Of a DNA stretch of 64,000 bases, positions 56,049 to 64,000 are shown one piece after another. The position numbers and the translations under genes were made by a program. Source of the DNA: Candidatus Micrarchaeia archaeon (lineage in GTDB: Archaea; Micrarchaeota; Micrarchaeia; CABMEP01); the NCBI GenBank assembly GCA_038881595.1, contig JAVZPM010000001.1, positions 32,001-96,000 on the forward strand. The letters are read 5' to 3'. A model generated the notes under the pieces. The model did not search any database, was not told the origin of the DNA, and saw only the letters and a program-made list of their open reading frames with translations. Positions within the stretch are counted from its first letter, which is position 1. Each line of letters begins with the position of its first letter.

Positions 56049-56837
56049 ATGGAAATTAGTAAAAAATTTAATTTAAAGGACTTTGTATTATCTTGGAAAG
56101 AAAGTGAATCAAAAAAAGATTTTTGGACTATCTTTATGATAATTCTAGTTAGTTCGATATTAAATTATATAATTGGTGTTATTGGTATTTTATTAGGTAT
56201 TTTTGTTAATTTGTATGTTCAACTCGAATTCTATATAAATAGAATACTTTATAATGCTTTAATCTCGCTTAACTATAAACCAAACGAAATAAAATTCAGT
56301 GAATTTCTAAAATTAATTATTATGATGTGCATAGGTGTTCTAATTCCTTTCTGGACCGGCATTTATGCCATAATTCCTTTGTTACTCTTAATAATATCAT
56401 TATTTCTTAGTAAAAGTATAATTATAATAGGTGGATTCCTATTATGGATTGCATTTGTGATTTCTTTCCTCATAGTTATTTTCTATAATGGATTAAGACT
56501 TTATTTAGTATTTCCAATCTATGTTAATTTGGAAAAGAGAACAGTGATTGATGCAATAAAAGAAAGCTGGTTACTTACAAAAGGAAAAGTGTTAAAAGTA
56601 ATTTTATACGAACTTAAAACAATATGGTACACTATCCTCCAAGTATGGATTTATCTCCTTGTTGCGATTTTAGTACTTTTACTATCGATCAGCTCATTTA
56701 ATTCAAATTTAGGAAATGAGTTTTTGATTTTGGCAATTTTTTATGTTCTACTAACATATATCTCAGTAGTAGCTCTCTTCACTAGATCTTTTGTTCAAGC
56801 AGGGGCATATCATGAATTGGTAAATCAGCCTAAATGA
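56049..56837 (+). CDS. Hypothetical multi-pass membrane protein
   Basis: Several TM helices; AIKESWLLTKG motif. Confidence 0.7.
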   Translation: MEISKKFNLKDFVLSWKESESKKDFWTIFMIILVSSILNYIIGVIGILLGIFVNLYVQLEFYINRILYNALISLNYKPNEIKFSEFLKLIIMMCIGVLIPFWTGIYAIIPLLLLIISLFLSKSIIIIGGFLLWIAFVISFLIVIFYNGLRLYLVFPIYVNLEKRTVIDAIKESWLLTKGKVLKVILYELKTIWYTILQVWIYLLVAILVLLLSISSFNSNLGNEFLILAIFYVLLTYISVVALFTRSFVQAGAYHELVNQPK

Positions 56838-57559
56838 AACTTTAAACAATCTGTAACTATATGTTGCATTTCGATTGGAGAAGAAAATCCAAATTCTTTA
56901 TATCGCTGATGAAGAATTGAATGGAATGCAAAATGGGGAACTGTAATAACATAATTTGACCAATCAAATGTAACTGGTTTTGGTGCTACTTTTCCTTGAT
57001 AAACAGATCGGAATAGACCACTGTTTTCAATTTTATCTCTTGGGACAAATGCTCTTTCTGTTGGATTGTGAATAAATGAAAATGAAAATTTATGGGAAAC
57101 TTTATTTCCACCAATCAGATCTATGCCTTCTTTTATAATATTGTCAACATTTATGCTAATTTTATTTCCTTCAGTAATTACTTTATATTCTTCTTTCTTA
57201 AATTCTATCTGATAAAGAAATAAGTTATATTCTTTATCCTCTTTTTTGACAAATCCATGAGCAAGAAGCATAAGTGAACCATTGTTAAAAGATACTACTC
57301 TCAACCATCCTGACGCCCAATCACTCCTTAGCTTCTGACCATCAACTATAATAGACTGATAAAAATTTGAAGGCAGTTGAAGCTGCATTCTTGGCTCAAA
57401 CCAAATCCCATACATCTTTGGAAAATCTGGAGTTGAAAATGCAATACCTTTGAATTCCTCATTTTTCTTTGAATTTTCTATATGCTCTGAAATTCTTGAA
57501 AAAAAAGAATCGACTCTTTTTCTATGTTCATCATCAAGCTTACTGCATATCTCACACAT
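56825..57559 (-). CDS. Hypothetical protein
   Basis: 244-aa ORF with normal composition; no family recognised. Confidence 0.65.
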   Translation of the reverse strand: MCEICSKLDDEHRKRVDSFFSRISEHIENSKKNEEFKGIAFSTPDFPKMYGIWFEPRMQLQLPSNFYQSIIVDGQKLRSDWASGWLRVVSFNNGSLMLLAHGFVKKEDKEYNLFLYQIEFKKEEYKVITEGNKISINVDNIIKEGIDLIGGNKVSHKFSFSFIHNPTERAFVPRDKIENSGLFRSVYQGKVAPKPVTFDWSNYVITVPHFAFHSILHQRYKEFGFSSPIEMQHIVTDCLKFHLG

Positions 57560-57622
57560 AAACTCAATTTCATAAATAAATTTAAAATACTGTCATTAAA
57601 ACAATTAATAAAAGGTGAAACA

Positions 57623-58537
57623 ATGGTTGACATACTTCATAATATAGGGAATACTCCTTTAGTCAAACTTGAAAAATTTAGCAATAACTCAAATATTTAT
57701 GCAAAGCTTGAATACCTCAATCCAAGCGGAAGTTTAAAAGACAGAATTGCTCATGAAATGATTCATAAAGCTGAAGAAAGAGGTGAATTAAAGAAAGGAA
57801 TGAAAATAATAGAAGCCACATCTGGAAATACTGGGATATCATTTGCAATGGTTTCTGCTGCATTAGGATATGAATTTATTGCAATAATGCCTGAAAATGT
57901 AACAAAAGAAAGGAGACAGATGATAGAGGCATTTGGAGGAAAGGTAATACTTACTCCTGCAAAAGATGAAATGTTTGGACCTGTAAAAAAGCTTGAAGAA
58001 ATGAAGATTAAATTTAAAGATAAAGCATGGTTTCCATCTCAGTTTGAAAATCCCGATAACTTTAAAGCGCATTATAAAACTGGCAATGAACTTATACAGC
58101 AAATGAAAAAAAATGGTAAAATTGATGTGTTTGTTATGGGGGTAGGAACTGGTGGAACTATAAGGGGAGTAGCAACTGTACTGAAGAAAAAATACAAAGA
58201 TGTAAAAATAATTGCAGTTGAACCACGAGAATGTGCAGCATTAAGTGGAGGAAAGATAGGACATCATGATATTCAAGGTATAGGTGAAGGATTTGTACCT
58301 AAAATATTTGATTACGATCTTATCGACGAAATAATTACTGTAAGAAGCAAGGATGCAATAAAATATTCGAAAGAGCTTGCAAAAAGAGAGGGGCTTCTTT
58401 GCGGAATCTCTTCAGGTGCAAACTTAGTAGCATGTATCGAGCTTCAGAAAAGAAAGGAAATGAAAGGGAAAAATATAATTACAATACTCTGTGACAGAGG
58501 CGAGAGATATTTAAGCATGGGCATCTGGAAGGGATAA
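57623..58537 (+). CDS. cysK: Cysteine synthase (PLP-dependent)
   Basis: IGNTPLV, KLEYLNPSGSLKDR, EATSGNTG, QFENP, GTGGT, IQGIG and CDRGERY motifs. Confidence 0.92.
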   Translation: MVDILHNIGNTPLVKLEKFSNNSNIYAKLEYLNPSGSLKDRIAHEMIHKAEERGELKKGMKIIEATSGNTGISFAMVSAALGYEFIAIMPENVTKERRQMIEAFGGKVILTPAKDEMFGPVKKLEEMKIKFKDKAWFPSQFENPDNFKAHYKTGNELIQQMKKNGKIDVFVMGVGTGGTIRGVATVLKKKYKDVKIIAVEPRECAALSGGKIGHHDIQGIGEGFVPKIFDYDLIDEIITVRSKDAIKYSKELAKREGLLCGISSGANLVACIELQKRKEMKGKNIITILCDRGERYLSMGIWKG

Positions 58538-58591
58538 ATAAAAAAGAAGGAAAATGAATACTGAAAGCAAATAAACATATATGCTAATTGA

Positions 58592-59380
58592 CTACTTCTT
58601 TCCTTTTTCTTTTGTTTCTTTATCAGATTCACTTGATTCTCCTTTCTTTGCTAATCCTTTCATTGCCTCTAACAGCTCGATCGGTGTAACAAATATTATG
58701 GAGTTACCGTCGTAAGATGCAACGTTAGATATAGTCAGTAGTGTTTTAAGATGCAAACCGCCAGGAGTGGATGAAAGGAGCTTTGCTGCATCAGATACTT
58801 TCTGTGCTGCTGCGAATTCTGCTTCACTCTCGATTATCTTTGCTCTCTTGTCTCTTTCAGCCTCTGCTTGTTTTGCCATCACTCTTTTCATATCTGCTGG
58901 CAACTCAATATCCTGGATCTTTATGTTTGTAATATCCACTCCCCATTCACTTGTTTCCTTGTCAACTATTGATTTTATTTCATCCGCAACCTCGTCTCTG
59001 TTTGTAAGTATTGCATCTAGTTCTTTGCCACCGATTACATCTCTCAAAGCAGTCTGGGCATATTGAGATATAGCATAATGATAATTCTCTATCTCAAGGA
59101 TTGCCTTCTTTGAATCCTCAACTCTGTAGAAGACCACGCCATTTACACCCAATGGAACATTATCTTTAGTCATTACCTCTTGCTTTGGAATATCTATTGT
59201 TGTAATTCTCTTGTCAACATATCTAATCTCTTCTATGAACGGCACCACAAAGTTCAAGCCCGGTTCTGCTAATCTAGCAAACTTACCAAGCCTAAATACA
59301 ATTCCCTCTTGATATTGCATAACGATCTTGATAGATAGAATTACGATTATTATCAAAACAAAGAAGATCCATTCCAACAT
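58592..59380 (-). CDS. SPFH/stomatin (band 7) family protein
   Basis: VFRLG, PGLNFVVPFIE, QEVMTKDNV, AQTALRDVIG and MAKQAEAER motifs. Confidence 0.93.
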   Translation of the reverse strand: MLEWIFFVLIIIVILSIKIVMQYQEGIVFRLGKFARLAEPGLNFVVPFIEEIRYVDKRITTIDIPKQEVMTKDNVPLGVNGVVFYRVEDSKKAILEIENYHYAISQYAQTALRDVIGGKELDAILTNRDEVADEIKSIVDKETSEWGVDITNIKIQDIELPADMKRVMAKQAEAERDKRAKIIESEAEFAAAQKVSDAAKLLSSTPGGLHLKTLLTISNVASYDGNSIIFVTPIELLEAMKGLAKKGESSESDKETKEKGKK

Positions 59381-59407
59381 AAAATCACCTTTTTTGGCGA
59401 CGCGTGT

Positions 59408-59721
59408 TTATTTCTTTGTCACTTTCTCTTCCTTCATAACATATTTTGCAATCATAAGATTACAAATGCAATTATGATGAAGTTTATCAATGCACTCAGA
59501 AATGCTCCCAACTATTTGTATTGGAGCAAGTGCAAATTTTGCAGTTTGCCCTCTACGTTTGGAAGAAGCACATCGAAAATCGACATTATTATGTTATTCA
59601 CAAGAGATTGAACTAGAATTGTTATTGCTCCGCCTATTATGAAAGCAACTGCAAGACCCATAAATTTATATTCGTTAAGGAAATCCTTAAATTCAGATAT
59701 CAATGACATTACATCACTCAT
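59408..59721 (-). pseudogene. mscL: Large-conductance mechanosensitive channel, multiply frameshifted
   Basis: EFKDFL...GLAVAFIIGGA...SLVNNIIM, then GAFLSALINFIIIAFV and MKEEKVTKK in other frames; three apparent small indels. Confidence 0.8.
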
Positions 59722-59732
59722 AAATAGAAAAA

Positions 59733-60446
59733 TTATTCTTTCTTAGATTTTGTTTTTTCAGTCTTCTGCCCTTCCAATGACTTCCTGGATACAAGCTCAT
59801 ATTCTTCATTGAATTTTATTTTGTTTACTTCATTTATCTCTCTTATCCAGGAAAGGAATGTTTGTTTTCTGAATATGTAGTTCTCAGAAGGATCTGCTTT
59901 TGTTTCCACAATCACAGTATCTTTATCAAGCTTGACAGAACCAGTCAATCCAGAATCTTCGAATAATGCATTTACTCTTTTTTCTGGAGTATCTAATATG
60001 TCTTCAACCTTTAGTTTATATTTCAATGTCTTTCCTGCCAATGGATGATTAAAGTCAACTATTACTCTTCCTGCACCCACTGATCTGACCATTCCGTCTC
60101 TTCCATTTACATTTACAATCATTCCTGGAACTGGGTTGATTCTCTGTTTTTCAAAATGTGAAAATGGTATTACGTTTATAAGATCATTGTTCATAGGTCC
60201 AAATGCCTTTTCAGGAGGAATTATTATTTCCTTTTCTTCACCTTTTTCCATACCTACTAAAGCCTCATCCAATCCTCTTATGACCTGTTGTCTTCCAACT
60301 ATCAAGAGAACTGGTGCATATACCACTCTTTCATTGTAAATTCCTTTTTCCTTTGCAAGTTTTTCATCAGTAGTATCAAATACTGATCCGTCCTCTAGCA
60401 TTCCTGTATAACTCAACTTTATGAAATCTCCTATTTGTATTGCCAT
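59733..60446 (-). CDS. Long-type FKBP peptidyl-prolyl isomerase (SlyD-like)
   Basis: GDFIKLSYTG, VFDTT, IPPEKAFG and VDFNHPLAGKTL motifs. Confidence 0.92.
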   Translation of the reverse strand: MAIQIGDFIKLSYTGMLEDGSVFDTTDEKLAKEKGIYNERVVYAPVLLIVGRQQVIRGLDEALVGMEKGEEKEIIIPPEKAFGPMNNDLINVIPFSHFEKQRINPVPGMIVNVNGRDGMVRSVGAGRVIVDFNHPLAGKTLKYKLKVEDILDTPEKRVNALFEDSGLTGSVKLDKDTVIVETKADPSENYIFRKQTFLSWIREINEVNKIKFNEEYELVSRKSLEGQKTEKTKSKKE

Positions 60447-60573
60447 ATTATCCCTCTCTAGCAAATAATAATTTGCAGATAATAAGAATAAGATATATAT
60501 GGTGTTAAGCCTTTTAAATCTTTAAAGACTAATATTTTTACTCATTTATCCTATAATTAAAGGAAGTGATCAA

Positions 60574-61722
60574 ATGGAAAGAAAAGAAATGGTAAGATAC
60601 ATAGTTGCATTCATAGCTCTTATGTTCATAATATCGATGTTCTATAACTTTACAAGAACACCTACCAACCATGAAACTGTTTCAAACATTAGCCAGGGAA
60701 AAGCAACCGCTACTTGTAAGATAGCAGGGTATGGAAATGAAATTATTATTCAGCCTTGGAATGAAAACACACAGAAGATAGCCAGCGAATTAAAGAATGC
60801 GGGATATATTGATTATATAAATATAGTAGGGAACAAAGGGGTTTTAGTATATTCTTCTAAATTAAATATAGAAAAGATAAGGAATGCATACATAAATGAA
60901 GACGTAGATATATTAGCTCAATCTTCATGTACAATCAATGGACTTGTCTCTTTCTATTTGCAAAATGGAAGCGAAACGAAACAGGCGCCTGGAAACATAA
61001 GGCTTTATCTAGATCCATTTAGCAAAATAGGAGAGGAGATAGATGTTGACCTTGTTGCATATATAAGCGATAAAGGAATTGAATTCATATCTGCAGAACC
61101 CATTACAAGAACTGCAGATGGAAATGTTAATGCAAGTTTTGCATGTTATGATCTATATGCTATAGTAGGAAAGATAAAATGGGAGAATAGAGATCTGAAC
61201 ATAGATGAGGTTATTGAATTAGGCATAAACAGCAGTGATATAAATTATACTAAAAATGATGCAATAACATTTAACAGGGATCTGAACCAAACTGAAATCA
61301 ATGAATTCAACTCAAAGCTAAATGAAACAGGCATAAATGCAACAGTTTATGCTAAGGGAATGATTACAGATTCATTTGACAGACAAAAAATAGAAAGAGT
61401 TGCATCAGACTACAATCTGTCTCTTACATTTTCAGACTCTTATCTGATTCTATTTTCAAACGATGCAAACAAAAACAAAGTAGAAGAATTTATAAACAAA
61501 CGTGGTTCTGTTTTCAAAATCCAGAAGGCTTGCCTTCTGATTACTGAAAAGATCGGTGAAAGATCTGATGGCACACCTATTTACATACCTGAAAAGTTAA
61601 GAAGAATGAGATATTACATAGATTTGAACAGCATTCCTGAAAACAATACTGGAAACTTGAATGTAAAATTTGAATTAATAGGTATGACTGCAGAATATAT
61701 GGAATTCGTAAACATTAGATAA
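60574..61722 (+). CDS. Hypothetical secreted or membrane-anchored protein
   Basis: N-terminal TM/signal segment; many N-x-S/T sequons. Confidence 0.7.
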   Translation: MERKEMVRYIVAFIALMFIISMFYNFTRTPTNHETVSNISQGKATATCKIAGYGNEIIIQPWNENTQKIASELKNAGYIDYINIVGNKGVLVYSSKLNIEKIRNAYINEDVDILAQSSCTINGLVSFYLQNGSETKQAPGNIRLYLDPFSKIGEEIDVDLVAYISDKGIEFISAEPITRTADGNVNASFACYDLYAIVGKIKWENRDLNIDEVIELGINSSDINYTKNDAITFNRDLNQTEINEFNSKLNETGINATVYAKGMITDSFDRQKIERVASDYNLSLTFSDSYLILFSNDANKNKVEEFINKRGSVFKIQKACLLITEKIGERSDGTPIYIPEKLRRMRYYIDLNSIPENNTGNLNVKFELIGMTAEYMEFVNIR

Positions 61723-61776
61723 AATTTGGCTTGCTAACCTAAAACAAAAGCAATAAAAATAAAAGCGTCATAATCT

Positions 61777-61844
61777 TATTGGCGATGACGATACTGTCCC
61801 AGTCTGAGGAAACTTTGATGATCGAAGTAACTGCCGAGCCAATA
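61777..61844 (+). ncRNA. Box C/D guide sRNA; D' guide predicted for 23S rRNA Gm2251 (E. coli numbering)
   Basis: TATTGGC/GCCAATA terminal stem; C ATGACGA 61785-91; 12-nt guide TACTGTCCCAGT; D' CTGA 61804-07; C' TTGATGA 61815-21; 12-nt guide; D CCGA 61834-37. Confidence 0.85.
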
Positions 61845-61873
61845 TTTTAATATCTTCACACTAAATATCAATT

Positions 61874-63727
61874 ATGGAAGATGTACTCAAGCCGAAAGGC
61901 AATGTTTTACTCTTAGGAGATGAGGCAGTAGTAAGAGGCGCACTTGAAGCAGGTATTTCTATATCTACAACCTATCCTGGAACTCCCGTTTCAGAAGTTG
62001 GAGATTTATTTTGTAAGATTTCAAAAGAAACTGGAGTTTATTTTGAATACTGCACAAATGAAAAGGTAGCTGCAGAAGTGGCAGCAGGGGCTGCGTTCTC
62101 AGGTTTAAGGTCCATGGTTTCATTTAAGCATTTTGGATTCAATGTAGCATCTGATAGCGTTTTTCCACTTGCTTACCATGGAGTAAAAGGAGGAATGGTT
62201 ATTGTTTTTTCAGATGATCCAAATTGCTGGAGTTCGGGCCAAAGTGAACAGGATACAAGGTTCTTTGCAAAGATCGGGCATATGCCAATGCTTGAACCTT
62301 CAAACTCACAGGAGGCTAAGGATTTCACAAAATTTGCATTTGACCTCTCTGAAAAATACGGAATTCCTGTTATTATAAGAATGACTACGAGAGTAGCTTA
62401 TGGAAAATCAATTGTCAAGCTTGGAGAAATAAAGAAAGGCAAGAGTCTAGGTCAAGGAGAATTCAAGAAAGATGATAAATGGAATACAATGCCTCCAAGA
62501 ATTATTGACAGGCATAAAGAGCTTCATGATATAATGCTGAAGTTAGAGGAAGAAAGCGAAAAATCTGAGTTTAACAAAGTAATAAAAGGAGATAAAGGAG
62601 GGCTTGGTATAATAGCAACTGGAGTATCATTCAATTATGCATTAGAGGCCTGTGATAAATTGAATAGAAAATTACCAATACTAAAGCTCTCATTTTATCC
62701 TTATCCAAAGAAAAAAATTGTTGAATTTATTAAAGAATTTGAATTGAAAAGCATATTAGTTGTTGAAGAAATAGAAGATTTTGTAGCACAGCATGTAAAA
62801 TCTGTGATTGCAGATAATGAATTGAAAATCAAAGTGCATGGTAATGATCTTATTCCTCCAATAGGAGAGATGAGAACTGAAAAAGTTATAAATGCGATTG
62901 TTTCCATTCTAAACCTTCCTCCAGTTGAAGAAAAGAAAACTCCACCTGATGTGTTCAAGAGAGATCCGATCTTATGTCCAGGTTGTCCACATAGAGCTAG
63001 CTTCTGGAATACTAAAGAAGTTTTAGGAAGAGGAATAACATATGGTGGAGATATAGGATGTTATATTCTAGGAATTTATAATCCAATTGATATGCAAGAT
63101 TATATTATCTCCATGGGTGCAGGAACTGGAATTGCACATGGAATACACAAGGCAACTGGAAAAACTGTAGTCTCATTCATGGGTGATTCTACTTTCTTCC
63201 ATGCAGGATTGCCTGAGATTGCAAATGCTATATATAATCAATCAGATATGATAATAATCATTCTTGACAATGGCACAACTGCAATGACAGGACAGCAACC
63301 GCATGCTGGAACTGGAATAAGATGTGGTGAAAGTGCGCCTAAGATATCGATAGAAGAAGTTTGCAGGGCGATGGGTGCAGATGTGTCCGTGGTTAATCCT
63401 TTTGACACTAAGAAATCTCAAGAAATAATGAAAGCAGTTAAGGAAAAGAAAGGAGTAAGGGTTGTTATTTACAGACAACCTTGCAGATTAATGTTTATGA
63501 GAAACGCAAGGAAAAACAAGATAAAAGTACCAATCTATCAAATTCATGAGGATTTGTGTAAGAAATGTGGCAAATGCATAGAATATGGATGTCCTGCAAT
63601 TCACTATGATAAAAAAGAGAATAAATACTACATCTCAGAAGACATGTGTTGGGGATGCACTGTATGTTCACAGATATGCCCATATGGTGCAATCAAACCA
63701 AAAATAAGCGATGATAAAAAAGCTTAA
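61874..63727 (+). CDS. iorA: Indolepyruvate:ferredoxin oxidoreductase alpha subunit
   Basis: YPGTP, NEKVA, KHFGFNVASD, LCPGCPHR, GDIGCY, GDSTF, DNGTTAMTG and C-terminal ferredoxin CxxCxxCxxxCP. Confidence 0.94.
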   Translation: MEDVLKPKGNVLLLGDEAVVRGALEAGISISTTYPGTPVSEVGDLFCKISKETGVYFEYCTNEKVAAEVAAGAAFSGLRSMVSFKHFGFNVASDSVFPLAYHGVKGGMVIVFSDDPNCWSSGQSEQDTRFFAKIGHMPMLEPSNSQEAKDFTKFAFDLSEKYGIPVIIRMTTRVAYGKSIVKLGEIKKGKSLGQGEFKKDDKWNTMPPRIIDRHKELHDIMLKLEEESEKSEFNKVIKGDKGGLGIIATGVSFNYALEACDKLNRKLPILKLSFYPYPKKKIVEFIKEFELKSILVVEEIEDFVAQHVKSVIADNELKIKVHGNDLIPPIGEMRTEKVINAIVSILNLPPVEEKKTPPDVFKRDPILCPGCPHRASFWNTKEVLGRGITYGGDIGCYILGIYNPIDMQDYIISMGAGTGIAHGIHKATGKTVVSFMGDSTFFHAGLPEIANAIYNQSDMIIIILDNGTTAMTGQQPHAGTGIRCGESAPKISIEEVCRAMGADVSVVNPFDTKKSQEIMKAVKEKKGVRVVIYRQPCRLMFMRNARKNKIKVPIYQIHEDLCKKCGKCIEYGCPAIHYDKKENKYYISEDMCWGCTVCSQICPYGAIKPKISDDKKA

Positions 63728-63743
63728 ATTGTGGTGATTAAAG

Positions 63744-64000
63744 ATGCCGAATGGAAAAGAGAATGGAAAATCTAAAAACAATAAAAATGAAAATGGAGAG
63801 ATAAATATAATAATAACTGGTGTTGGAGGACAAGGAGTAATGACGCTAGGAAGTCTTATTTCATTAGCTGCCCAAAGAGAAGGAAACAATGTTATGACTA
63901 GCGAACTGCATGGTTTGGCCAAAAGATTTGGACATACTGAATTCCATTTAAGGATTGGAAAAAACGTCAAGACGACAATAGTACCAAATATGGCTGCAGA
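63744..64000 (+). CDS. iorB: Indolepyruvate:ferredoxin oxidoreductase beta subunit, 3'-truncated
   Basis: IIITGVGGQG...SELHGLAKRFG...HLRIG; GGTGA SD upstream; runs off the window. Confidence 0.88.
   Translation, partial: MPNGKENGKSKNNKNENGEINIIITGVGGQGVMTLGSLISLAAQREGNNVMTSELHGLAKRFGHTEFHLRIGKNVKTTIVPNMAA

Noticed and set aside
61781..61844. Fluoride riboswitch (GGCGATG start)
   Set aside because: Lacks the pseudoknot partner sequences and an associated fluoride gene; the box C/D architecture explains the sequence fully.

Overview
AT-rich, gene-dense archaeal chromosomal segment. Archaeal markers include the class I CCA-adding enzyme, RFC, aIF5B, group II GGGP synthase, form III RuBisCO, intron-containing tRNAs and box C/D RNAs. 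The overall gene style suggests a DPANN, possibly Micrarchaeota-like, archaeon; this is inference only. Housekeeping content: gatCAB, IleRS, AlaRS, ProRS, Dus, RecJ-like, Ogg, UvsE, IorAB and six tRNAs (two with introns). Accessory content: a complete, more AT-rich type I-B CRISPR-Cas locus (cas6-8-7-5-3-4-1-2, 19 repeats/18 spacers, probable internally translated Cas11), a free-standing LAGLIDADG endonuclease next to tRNA-Trp, two IS5-like miniature relics sharing terminal repeats, three tandem deoxynucleoside-kinase paralogs, and an unusual RibB-like + ThDP E1alpha/E1beta operon. Features absent from the ORF track: a box C/D sRNA predicted to guide 23S Gm2251, a minimal C/D guide for Cm34 inside the 39-nt tRNA-Trp intron, two small Cys-rich ORFs and a multiply frameshifted mscL. 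All assignments come from motif reading; no database searches were run.
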